A stretch of DNA of 64,000 bases from the NCBI GenBank assembly GCA_964016885.1, contig OZ024742.1:165912001-165976000 (forward strand), written 5' to 3'. Below the pieces are notes generated by a model. The model saw only the letters and a program-made list of their open reading frames with translations, was not told where the DNA came from and ran no database searches. Position numbers and translations under genes: made by a program. Below are positions 1 through 12,100 of the stretch, one piece after another; within the stretch, counting starts at the first letter, position 1; each line of letters starts with the position of its first letter. The DNA is from Eledone cirrhosa. Lineage: Eukaryota.

Positions 1-294
1 ATAATTTGTAAAAAAATCAGGGGGAGATAATTTGTAAAAAAAAATCAGGGGGAGATAATTTGTAAAAAAAATCAGGGGGAGATAATTTGTAAAAAAAAAT
101 CAGGGGTAGATAATTTGTAAAAAAAAATCAGGGGGAGATAATTTTTAAAAATAAATCAGGGGGAGATAATTTGTAAAAAAAAAATCAGGGGGAGATAATT
201 TGTTATAAAAAATCAGGGGGAGATAATTTGTAAAAAAAATTAGGCGTAGATAATTTGTAAAAAAAATCAGGGGGAGATAATTTGTTAAAAAAAT
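1..294 (+). repeat. Example run of type-A monomers, CAGGGGGAGATAATTTGT(A7-10)T
   Basis: Read directly from the sequence; unit length changes with the A-tract length. Confidence 0.97.
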
Positions 295-419
295 CAAGGG
301 GAGATAATTTGCAGCCGTCCAAGGGGAGATAATTTTCAGCCGTCCAAGGAGAGGTAATTTCTAGCCGTCCAAGGGGAGATAATTTCCAGCCGTCCAAAGG
401 GAGATAATTTCCAGCCGTC
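295..419 (+). repeat. Example run of five type-B monomers, CAAGGGGAGATAATTTCCAGCCGTC (25 bp)
   Basis: Five 25-bp units from 295, followed by a hybrid monomer at 420-447. Confidence 0.97.
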
Positions 420-3400
420 CAAGGGGAGATAATTTTTTTAAAAAAATCAGGCGGAGATAATTTGTAAAAAAAAATCAGGGGGAGATAATTCGTAAAAAAA
501 AATCAGGGGGAGATAATTTGTAAAAAAAAATCAGGGGGAGATAATTTGTAAGAAAAATCATGGGGAGATAATTTCCAGCCGTCCAAGGGGAGGTAATTTC
601 CAGCCCTCCAAGGGGCTATAATTTCCAGTGTCCAAGGGGAGATAATTTCCAGCCAGCGAACGGGAGATAATTTTTTTAAAAAAATCAGGGGGAGATTTGT
701 AAAAAAAATCAGAGGGAGATAATTTGTAAAAAAAATCAAAGGGAGATAATTTCCAGCCGTTCAAAAATAGAGATAATTTCTAGCCGTCCAAGGGGAGATA
801 ATTTCCAGCCAAGGGGAGATAATTTCCAGCCGTGCAAGGGGAGATAATTTCCAGCCGTCCAAGGGGAGATAATTTCCATCCTTCCAAGGGGAGATAATTT
901 CCAGCAGTCCAAGGGGAGATAATTTTCCGCCAGCCAAGGGAAGATAATTTTTAAAAAAATCAGGCGGAGATTGTAAAAAAAATCAGGGGGAGATAATTTG
1001 TAAAAAAATCAGGGGGAGATAATTTGTAAAAAAAAAATCAGGGGGAGATAATTTGTAAAAAAAAATCAGGGGGAGATAATTTGTAAAAAATAATCAGGGG
1101 GAGATAATTTGAAAAAAAAATTAGGGGTAGATAATTTGTTAAAAAAATCAGGGGGAGATAATTTGTAAAAAAAAATCAGGGGGAGATAATTTGTAAAAAA
1201 AATCAAGGGGAGATAATTTGCAGCCGTCCAAGGGGAGATAATTTTCAGCCGTCCAAGGAGAGGTAATTTCTAGCCGTCCAAGGAGAGATAATTTCCAGCC
1301 GTCCAAGGGGAGATAATTTCCAGCCGTCCAAGGGGAGATAATTTTTTTAAAAAAATCAGGCGGAGATAATTTAAAAAAAAAAATCAGGGGGAGATAATTT
1401 GTAAAAAAAAATCAGGGGGAGATAATTTGTAAAAAAAATCAAGGGGAGATAATTTCCAGCCGTCCAAGGGAAGATAATTTCCAGCCCTCCAAGGGGCTAT
1501 AATTTCCAGCGTCCAAGGGGAGATAATTTCCCGCCAGCCAAGGGAAGATAATTTTTAAAAAAATCAGGCGGAGATTGTAAAAAAAATCAGGGGGAGATAA
1601 TTTGTAAAAAAATCAGGGGGAGATAATTCGTAAAAAAAAAATCAGGGGGAGATAATTTGTAAAAAAAAATCAGTGGGAGATAATTTGTAAAAAAAATCAG
1701 GGGTAGATAATTTGTAAAAAAAAATCAGGGGGAGATAATTTGTAAAAAAAATCAGGGGGAGATAATTTGTAAAAAAAAATCAGGGGGAGATAATTTGTAA
1801 AAAAAATCAAGGGGAGATAATTTGCAGCCGTCCAAGGGGAGATAATTTTCAGCCGTCCAATGAGAGGTAATTTCTAGCCGTCCAAGGGGAGATAATTTCC
1901 AGCCGTCCAAGGGGAGATAATTTCCAGCGTCCAAGGGGAGGTAATATCTATCCGTCCAAGGGAAGATAATTTCCAGCCGTCCAAGGGGAGATAATTTCCA
2001 GCCGTCCAAGGGGAGTTAATATCCAGCCATCCAAGGAGACATATTTTCCAGCCGTCCAAGGAGAGGTAATTTCTAGCCGTCCAAGGGGAGATAAATTCCA
2101 GCCTCCAAGGGGAGGTAATTTCCAGCCAGCCAAGGGGAGATAATTTGTAAAAAAATCAGGGGGAGATAATTTTCTAAAAAAAATCAGGGGGAGATAATTT
2201 GTAAAAAAAAATCAGGGGGAGATAATTTGTAAAAAAAATCAGGGGGAGATAATTTGTAAAAAAAAATCAGGGGGAGATAATTTGTAAAAAAAATCAAGGG
2301 GAGATAATTTCCAGCCGTCCAAGGGGAGATAATTTTCAGCCGTCCAAGGGGAGATAATTTCCCGCCAGCCAAGGGAAGATAATATTTAAAAAAATCAGGC
2401 GGAGATAATTTGTAAAAAAATCAGGGGGAGATAATTTGTAAAAAAATCAGGGGGAGATAATTTGTAAAATAAAAATCAGGCGGAGATAGTTTGTAAAAAA
2501 AATCAGGGGGAGATAATTTGTAAAAAAAAATCAGGGGGAGATAATTTGTAAAAAAAATCAAGGGGAGATAATTTGCAGCCGTCCAAGGGGAGATAATTTT
2601 CAGCCGTCCAAGGAGAGGTAATTTCTAGCCGTCCAAGGGGAGATAATTTCCAGCCGTCCAAGGGGAGATAATTTCCAGCCGTCCAAGGGGAGATAATTTT
2701 TTTTTAAAAATCAGGCGGAGATAATTTGTAAAAAAAAATCAGGGGAAGATAATTTGTAAAAAAAAATCAGGGGGAGATAATTTTTAAAAAAAATCAAGGG
2801 GAGATAATTTCCAGCCCTCCAAGGGGCTATAATTTCCAGCGTCCAAGGGGAGATAATTTCCAGCCAGCGAAGGGGAGATAATTTTTTTTTTAAAATCATT
2901 GGGAGATTTGTAAAAAAAATCAGTGGGAGATAATTTGTAAAAAAAATCAAGGGGAGATAATTTCCAGCCGTCCAAGGGGAGGTAATATCTATCCGTCCAA
3001 GGGGAGATAATTTCCAGCCGTCCAAGGGGAGATAATTTCCAGCCGTCCAAGGGGAGATAATATCCAGCCGTCCAAGGAGACATATTTTCCAGCCGTCCAA
3101 GGAGAGGTAATTTCTAGCCGTCCAAGGGGAGATAAATTCCAGCCTCCAAGGGGAGGTAATTTCCAGCCAGCCAAGGGGAGATAATTTGTAAAAAAATCAG
3201 GGGGAGATAATTTGTAAAAAAAATCAGGGGGAGATAATTTGTAAAAAAAAATCAGGGGGAGATAATTTGTAAAAAAAATCAGGGGGAGATAATTTGTAAA
3301 AAAAAATCAGGGGGAGATAATTTGTAAAAAAAATCAAGGGAAGATAATTTCCAGCCGTCCAAGGGGAGATAATTTTCAGCCGTCCAAGGGGAGATAATTT

Positions 3401-5806
3401 CCCGCCAGCCAAGGGAAGATAATATTTAAAAAAATCAGGCGGAGATAATTTGTAAAAAAAAAATCAGGGGGAGATAATTTGTAAAAAAAAAATCAGGCGG
3501 AGATAATTTGTAAAAAAAAATCAGGGGGAGATAATTTGTAAAAAAAAATCAGGGGTAGATAATTTGTAAAAAAAAATCAGGGGGAGATAATTTGTAAAAA
3601 AAATCAAGGGTAGATAATTTCCAGCCGTCCAAGGAGAGATAATTTTTAAAAAAAATCAGGCGGAGATAATTTGTAAAAAAAAATCAGGGGGTGATAATTT
3701 GTAAAAAAAAATCAGGGGGAGATAATTTGTAAAAAAATCAAGGGGAGATAATTTCCAGCCGTCCAAGGGGAGATAATTTCCAGCCGTCCAAGGGGAGATA
3801 ATTTTTTTAAAAAAATCAGGCGGAGATAATTTGTAAAAAAAAAATCAGGGGGAGATAATTTGTAAAAAAAAATCAGGGGGAGATAATTTGTAAAAAAAAA
3901 TCAGGGGGAGATAATTTGTAAAAAAAATCAAGGGGAGATAATTTCCAGTCGTCCAAGGGAAGATAATTTCCAGCCCTCCAAGGGGAGATAATTTCCAGCC
4001 AAGGGGAGATAATTTGTAAAAAAAATCAGTGGAAGATAATTTTAAAAACAAAATCAAGGGCAGATAATTTCCAGCCGTACAAGGGGATAATTTGTAAAAA
4101 AAATTAGGCGTAGATAATTTGTAAAAAAAAATCAGGGGGAGATAATTTGTAAAAAAAAATCAGGGGGAGATAATTTGTTAAAAAAATCAAGGGGAGATAA
4201 TTTGCAGCCGTCCAAGGGGAGATAGTTTTCAGCCGTCCAAGGAGAGGTAATTTCTAGCCGTCCAAGGGGAGATAATTTCCAGCCGTCCAAGGGGAGATAA
4301 TTTCCAGCCGTCCAAGGGGAGATAATTTTTTTAAAAAAATCAGGCGGAGATAATTTGTAAAAAAAAATCAGGGGGAGATAATTCGTAAAAAAAAATCAGT
4401 GGGAGATAATTTGTAAAAAAAAATCAGGGGGAGATAATTTGTAAAAAAAATCATGGGGAGATAATTTCCAGCCGTCCAAGGGGAGGTAATATCTAGCCGT
4501 CCAAGGGGAGATAATTTCCAGCCGTCCAACGGGAGATAATTTCCAGCCGTCCAAGGGGAGATAATTTCCAGCCGTCCAAGAGGAAATAAATTCCAGCCTC
4601 CAAGGAGAGATAATTTCCAGCCAGCCAAGGGGAGATAATTTGTAAAAAAATCAGGGGGAGATAATTTGTAAAAAAAATCAGGGTGAATTAATTTCCAGCC
4701 GTCCAAGGGGAGATAATTTCCAGCCCTCCAAGGGGCTATAATTTCCAGCGTCCAAGGGGAGATAATTTCCAGCCAGCGAAGGGGAGATAATTTTTTTAAA
4801 AAAATCACTGGGAGATTTGTAATAAAAATCAGGGGGAGATAATTTGTAAAAAAAATCAAGGGGAAGATAATTTGTGAAAAAAAATCAGGGGGTGATAATT
4901 TGTAAAAAAAAATCAGGGGGAGATAATTTGTAAAAAAATCAGGGGGAGATAATTTGTAAAAACAAAATCAAGGGCAGATAATTTCCAGCTGTCCAAGAGG
5001 AGATAATTTCCAGCAGTGCAAGGGGAGATAATTTCCAGCCGTCCAAGGGGAGATAATTTCCATCCTTCCAAGGGGAGATAATTTCCGGCCGTCCAAGGGG
5101 AGATAATTTGTAAAAAAAATCAGGGGGAGATAATTTGTAAAAAAAAATCAGGGGGAGATAATTTGTAAAAAAAAATCAGGGGGAGATAATTTGTAAAAAA
5201 AATCAAGGGGAGATAATTTCCAGCCGTCCAAGGGGAGATAATTTTCAGCCGTCCAAGGAGAGGTAATTTCTAGCCGTCCAAGGAGAGATAATTTCCAGCC
5301 GTCCAAGGCGAGATAATTTCCAGCCGTCCAAGGGGAGATAATTTTTAAACAAAAAATCAGGCGGAGATAATTTGTAAAAAAAATCAGGGGAAAATAATTT
5401 GTAAAAACAAAATCAAGGGCAGATAAATTCCAGCCGTCCAAGGGGAGATAATTTCCAGCAGTGCAAGGGGAGATAATTTCCAGCCGTCCAAGGGGAGATA
5501 ATTTCCATCCTTCCAAGGGGAGATAATTTCCAGCCGTCCAAGGGGAGATAATTTCCCGCCAGCCAAGGAGAGATAATATTTAAAAAAATCAGGCGGAGAT
5601 AATTTGTAAAAAAATCAGGGGAAGATAATTTGTAAAAAAATCAGGGGGAGATAATTTGTAAAAAAAAATCAGGGGGAGATAATTTGTAAAAAAAATCAGG
5701 GGGAGATAATTTGTAAAAAAAAATCAGGGGTAGATAATTTGTAAAAAAAAATCAGGGGGAGATAATTTTTAAAAATAAATCAGGGGGAGATAATTTGTAA
5801 AAAAAA

Positions 5807-8800
5807 GTCAGGGGAAGATTTGTAAAAAAATCAGAGGGAGATAATTTGTAAAAAAAAATCAGGGGTAGATAATTTGTAAAAACAAAATCAAGGGCAGATA
5901 ATTTCTAGCCGTCCAAGGGGAGATAATTTCCAGCCGTCCAAGTGGAGATAATTTCCAGCCGTCCAAGGGGAGATAATTTTTTTAAAAAAATCAGGCGGAG
6001 ATAATTTGTAAAAAAAATCAGGGGGTGATAATTTGTAAAAACAAAATCAAGGGCAGATAATTTCTAGCCGTCCAAGGGGAGATAATTTCCAGCCGTCCAA
6101 GGGGAGATAATTTCCAGCCGTCCAAGGGGAGATAATTTCCAGCCGTCCAAGGGGAGATAATTTGCAGCCGTCCAAGGGGAGATAATTTCCAGCCGTCCAA
6201 GGAGACATATTTTCCAGCCGTCCAAGGGGAGATAATTTCCAGCCGTCCAAGGAGACATATTTTCCAGCCGTCCAAGGAGAGGTAATTTCTAGCCGTCCAA
6301 GGGGAGATAAATTCCAGCCTCCAAGGGGAGATAATTTCCAGCCAGCCAAGGGGAGATAATTTGTAAAAAAATCAGGGGTAGATAATTTGTAAAAAAAATC
6401 AGGGGGAGATAATTTGTAAAAAAAAATCAGGGGGAGATAATTTGTAAAAAAAAATCAGGGGGAGATAATTTGTAAAAAAAATCAGGGGGAGATAATTTCT
6501 AAAAAAAAATCAGGGGGAGATAATTTGTAAAAAAAAATCAAGGGGAGATAATTTCCAGCCGTCCGGGGAGATAATTTTCAGCCGTCCAAGGAGAGGTAAT
6601 TTCTAGCCGTCCAAGGAGAGATAATTTCCAGCCGTCCAAGGGGAGATAATTTCCAGCCGTCCAAGGGGAGATAATTTCCAGCCGTCCAAGGAGACATATC
6701 TTCCAGCCGTCCAAGGAGAGGTAATTTCTAGCCGTCCAAGGGGAGATAAATTCCAGCCTCCAAGGGGAGATAATTTCCAGCCAGCCAAGGGGAGATAATT
6801 TGTAAAAAAATCAGGGGTAGATAATTTGTAAAAAAAATCAGGGGGAGATAATTTGTAAAAAAAAATCAGGGGGAGATAATTTGTAAAAAAAAATCAGGGG
6901 GAGATAATTTGTAAAAAAAATCAAGGGGAGATAATTTCCAGCCGTGCAAGGGGAGATAATTTCCAGCCGTCCAAGGGGAGATAATTTCCATCCTTCCAAG
7001 GGGAGATAATTTCCAGCCGTCCAAAGGGAGATAATTTCCCGCCAGCCAAGGGAAGATAATTTTTAAAAAAATCAGGCGGAGATTGTAAAAAAATCAGGGG
7101 GAGATAATTTGTAAAAAAATCAGGGGGAGATAATTCGTAAAAAAAAATCAGGGGGAGATAATTTGTAAAAAAAAAATGAGGGGGAGATAATTTGTAAAAA
7201 AAAATCAGGGGTAGATAATTTGTAAAAAAAATCAGGGGGAGATAATTTGTAAAAAAAAATCAGGGGGAGATAATTTGTAAAAAAAATCAAGGGGAGATAA
7301 TTTGCAGCCGTCCAAGGGGAGATAATTTTCAGCCGTCCAAGGAGAGGTAATTTCTAGCCGTCCAAGGGGAGATAATTTCCAGCCGTCCAAGGGGAGATAA
7401 TTTCCAGCCGTCCAAGGGGAGATAATTTTTTTTTAAAAATCAGGCGGAGATAATTTGTAAAAAAAAATCAGGGGGAGATAATTTGTAAAAAAAAATCAGG
7501 GGGAGATAATTTGTAAAAAAAATCAAGGGGAGATAATTTCCAGCCCTCCAAGGGGCTATAATTTCCAGCGTCCAAGGGGAGATAATTTCCAGCCAGCGAA
7601 GGGGAGATAATTTTTTTTTTAAAATCATTGGGAGATTTGTAAAAAAAATCAGTGGGAGATAATTTGTAAAAAAAATCAAGGGGAGATAATTTCCAGCCGT
7701 CCAAGGGGAGGTAATATCTATCCGTCCAAGGGGAGATAATTTCCAGCCCTCCAAGGGGAGATAATTTCCAGCCGTCCAAGGGGAGATAATATCCAGCCGT
7801 CCAAGGAGACATATTTTCCAGCCGTCCAAGGAGAGGTAATTTCTAGCCGTCCAAGGGGAGATAAATTCCAGCCTCCAAGGGGAGGTAATTTCCAGCCAGC
7901 CAAGGGGAGATAATTTGTAAAAAAATCAGGGGGAGATAATTTGTAAAAAAAATCAGGGGGAGATAATTTGTAAAAAAAAATCAGGGGGACATAATTTGTA
8001 AAAAAAATCAGGGGGAGATAATTTGTAAAAAAAAATCAGGGGGAGATAATTTGTAAAAAAAATCAAGGGGAGATAATTTCCAGCCGTCCAAGGGGAGATA
8101 ATTTTCAGCCGTCCAAGGGGAGATAATTTCCCGCCAGCCAAGGGAAGATAATATTTAAAAAAATCAGGCGGAGATAATTTGTAAAAAAAATCAGGGGGAG
8201 ATAATTTGTAAAAAAAAATCAGGCGGAGATAATTTGTAAAAAAAAATCAGGGGGAGATAATTTGTAAAAAAAAATCAGGGGTAGATAATTTGTAAAAAAA
8301 AATCAGGGGGAGATAATTTGTAAAAAAAATCAAGGGTAGATAATTTCCAGCCGTCCAAGGAGAGATAATTTTTTAAAAAAATCAGGCGGAGATAATTTGT
8401 AAAAAAAAATCAGGGGGTGATAATTTGTAAAAAAAAATCAGGGGGAGATAATTTGTAAAAAAAATCAAGGGGAGATAATTTCCAGCCGTCCAAGGGGAGA
8501 TAATTTCCAGCCGTCCAAGGGGAGATAATTTTTTTAAAAAAATCAGGCGGAGATAATTTGTAAAAAAAAAATCAGGGGGAGATAATTTGTAAAAAAAAAT
8601 CAGGGGGAGATAATTTGTAAAAAAAAATCAGGGGGAGATAATTTGTAAAAAAAATCAAGGGGAGATAATTTCCAGTCGTCCAAGGGAAGATAATTTCCAG
8701 CCCTCCAAGGGGAGATAAATTCCAGCCAAGGGGAGATAATTTGTAAAAAAAATCAGTGGAAGATAATTTTAAAAACAAAATCAAGGGCAGATAATTTCCA

Positions 8801-9112
8801 GCCGTACAAGGGGAGATAATTTCCCGCCAGCCAAGGGAAGATAATATTTAAAAAAATCAGGCGGAGATAATTTGTAAAAAAAATCAGGGGGAGATAATTT
8901 GTAAAAAAATCAGGGGGAGATAATTTGTAAAAGAAAAATCAGGGGGAGATAATTTGTAAAAAAAATCAGGGGGAGATAATTTGTAAAAAAAAATCAGGGG
9001 TAGATAATTTGTAAAAAAAAATCAGGGGGAGATAATTTGTAAAAAAAAATCAGGGGGAGATAATTTGTTAAAAAAATCAAAGGGAGATAATTTCCCGCCA
9101 TCCAAGGGAAGA
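5807..9112 (+). repeat. 3.3-kb related satellite block interrupting the 5,624-bp HOR
   Basis: It replaces unit positions about 183-593, a net gain of 2895 bp (8519-5624). It contains a slightly diverged copy of about 2.5-4.08 kb at offset 4727-4729 (ORFs 2711/7440, 3224/7953, 3845/8572). Confidence 0.85.
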
Positions 9113-12100
9113 TAATTTCCAGCCCTCCAAGGGGCTATAATTTCCAGTGTCCAAGGGGAGATAATTTCCAGCCAGCGAACGGGAGATAATTTTTTTAAAA
9201 AAATCAGGGGGAGATTTGTAAAAAAAATCAGAGGGAGATAATTTGTAAAAAAAATCAAAGGGAGATAATTTCCAGCCGTTCAAAAATAGAGATAATTTCT
9301 AGCCGTCCAAGGGGAGATAATTTCCAGCCAAGGGGAGATAATTTCCAGCCGTGCAAGGGGAGATAATTTCCAGCCGTCCAAGGGGAGATAATTTCCATCC
9401 TTCCAAGGGGAGATAATTTCCAGCAGTCCAAGGGGAGATAATTTTCCGCCAGCCAAGGGAAGATAATTTTTAAAAAAATCAGGCGGAGATTGTAAAAAAA
9501 ATCAGGGGGAGATAATTTGTAAAAAAATCAGGGGGAGATAATTTGTAAAAAAAAAATCAGGGGGAGATAATTTGTAAAAAAAAATCAGGGGGAGATAATT
9601 TGTAAAAAATAATCAGGGGGAGATAATTTGAAAAAAAAATTAGGGGTAGATAATTTGTTAAAAAAATCAGGGGGAGATAATTTGTAAAAAAAAATCAGGG
9701 GGAGATAATTTGTAAAAAAAATCAAGGGGAGATAATTTGCAGCCGTCCAAGGGGAGATAATTTTCAGCCGTCCAAGGAGAGGTAATTTCTAGCCGTCCAA
9801 GGAGAGATAATTTCCAGCCGTCCAAGGGGAGATAATTTCCAGCCGTCCAAGGGGAGATAATTTTTTTAAAAAAATCAGGCGGAGATAATTTAAAAAAAAA
9901 AATCAGGGGGAGATAATTTGTAAAAAAAAATCAGGGGGAGATAATTTGTAAAAAAAATCAAGGGGAGATAATTTCCAGCCGTCCAAGGGAAGATAATTTC
10001 CAGCCCTCCAAGGGGCTATAATTTCCAGCGTCCAAGGGGAGATAATTTCCCGCCAGCCAAGGGAAGATAATTTTTAAAAAAATCAGGCGGAGATTGTAAA
10101 AAAAATCAGGGGGAGATAATTTGTAAAAAAATCAGGGGGAGATAATTCGTAAAAAAAAAATCAGGGGGAGATAATTTGTAAAAAAAAATCAGTGGGAGAT
10201 AATTTGTAAAAAAAATCAGGGGTAGATAATTTGTAAAAAAAAATCAGGGGGAGATAATTTGTAAAAAAAATCAGGGGGAGATAATTTGTAAAAAAAAATC
10301 AGGGGGAGATAATTTGTAAAAAAAATCAAGGGGAGATAATTTGCAGCCGTCCAAGGGGAGATAATTTTCAGCCGTCCAATGAGAGGTAATTTCTAGCCGT
10401 CCAAGGGGAGATAATTTCCAGCCGTCCAAGGGGAGATAATTTCCAGCGTCCAAGGGGAGGTAATATCTATCCGTCCAAGGGAAGATAATTTCCAGCCGTC
10501 CAAGGGGAGATAATTTCCAGCCGTCCAAGGGGAGTTAATATCCAGCCATCCAAGGAGACATATTTTCCAGCCGTCCAAGGAGAGGTAATTTCTAGCCGTC
10601 CAAGGGGAGATAAATTCCAGCCTCCAAGGGGAGGTAATTTCCAGCCAGCCAAGGGGAGATAATTTGTAAAAAAATCAGGGGGAGATAATTTTCTAAAAAA
10701 AATCAGGGGGAGATAATTTGTAAAAAAAAATCAGGGGGAGATAATTTGTAAAAAAAATCAGGGGGAGATAATTTGTAAAAAAAAATCAGGGGGAGATAAT
10801 TTGTAAAAAAAATCAAGGGGAGATAATTTCCAGCCGTCCAAGGGGAGATAATTTTCAGCCGTCCAAGGGGAGATAATTTCCCGCCAGCCAAGGGAAGATA
10901 ATATTTAAAAAAATCAGGCGGAGATAATTTGTAAAAAAATCAGGGGGAGATAATTTGTAAAAAAATCAGGGGGAGATAATTTGTAAAATAAAAATCAGGC
11001 GGAGATAGTTTGTAAAAAAAATCAGGGGGAGATAATTTGTAAAAAAAAATCAGGGGGAGATAATTTGTAAAAAAAATCAAGGGGAGATAATTTGCAGCCG
11101 TCCAAGGGGAGATAATTTTCAGCCGTCCAAGGAGAGGTAATTTCTAGCCGTCCAAGGGGAGATAATTTCCAGCCGTCCAAGGGGAGATAATTTCCAGCCG
11201 TCCAAGGGGAGATAATTTTTTTTTAAAAATCAGGCGGAGATAATTTGTAAAAAAAAATCAGGGGAAGATAATTTGTAAAAAAAAATCAGGGGGAGATAAT
11301 TTTTAAAAAAAATCAAGGGGAGATAATTTCCAGCCCTCCAAGGGGCTATAATTTCCAGCGTCCAAGGGGAGATAATTTCCAGCCAGCGAAGGGGAGATAA
11401 TTTTTTTTTTAAAATCATTGGGAGATTTGTAAAAAAAATCAGTGGGAGATAATTTGTAAAAAAAATCAAGGGGAGATAATTTCCAGCCGTCCAAGGGGAG
11501 GTAATATCTATCCGTCCAAGGGGAGATAATTTCCAGCCGTCCAAGGGGAGATAATTTCCAGCCGTCCAAGGGGAGATAATATCCAGCCGTCCAAGGAGAC
11601 ATATTTTCCAGCCGTCCAAGGAGAGGTAATTTCTAGCCGTCCAAGGGGAGATAAATTCCAGCCTCCAAGGGGAGGTAATTTCCAGCCAGCCAAGGGGAGA
11701 TAATTTGTAAAAAAATCAGGGGGAGATAATTTGTAAAAAAAATCAGGGGGAGATAATTTGTAAAAAAAAATCAGGGGGAGATAATTTGTAAAAAAAATCA
11801 GGGGGAGATAATTTGTAAAAAAAAATCAGGGGGAGATAATTTGTAAAAAAAATCAAGGGAAGATAATTTCCAGCCGTCCAAGGGGAGATAATTTTCAGCC
11901 GTCCAAGGGGAGATAATTTCCCGCCAGCCAAGGGAAGATAATATTTAAAAAAATCAGGCGGAGATAATTTGTAAAAAAAAAATCAGGGGGAGATAATTTG
12001 TAAAAAAAAAATCAGGCGGAGATAATTTGTAAAAAAAAATCAGGGGGAGATAATTTGTAAAAAAAAATCAGGGGTAGATAATTTGTAAAAAAAAATCAGG

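Larger units (their letters stand above)
1..5806 (+). repeat. 5,624-bp HOR, first visible copy plus the start of the next
   Basis: Position 1 matches 5625 and 14144. Identical ORFs recur at +8519 and +14143 (1752/10271/15895; 203/14346). The match with the unit breaks at about 5807. Confidence 0.93.
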
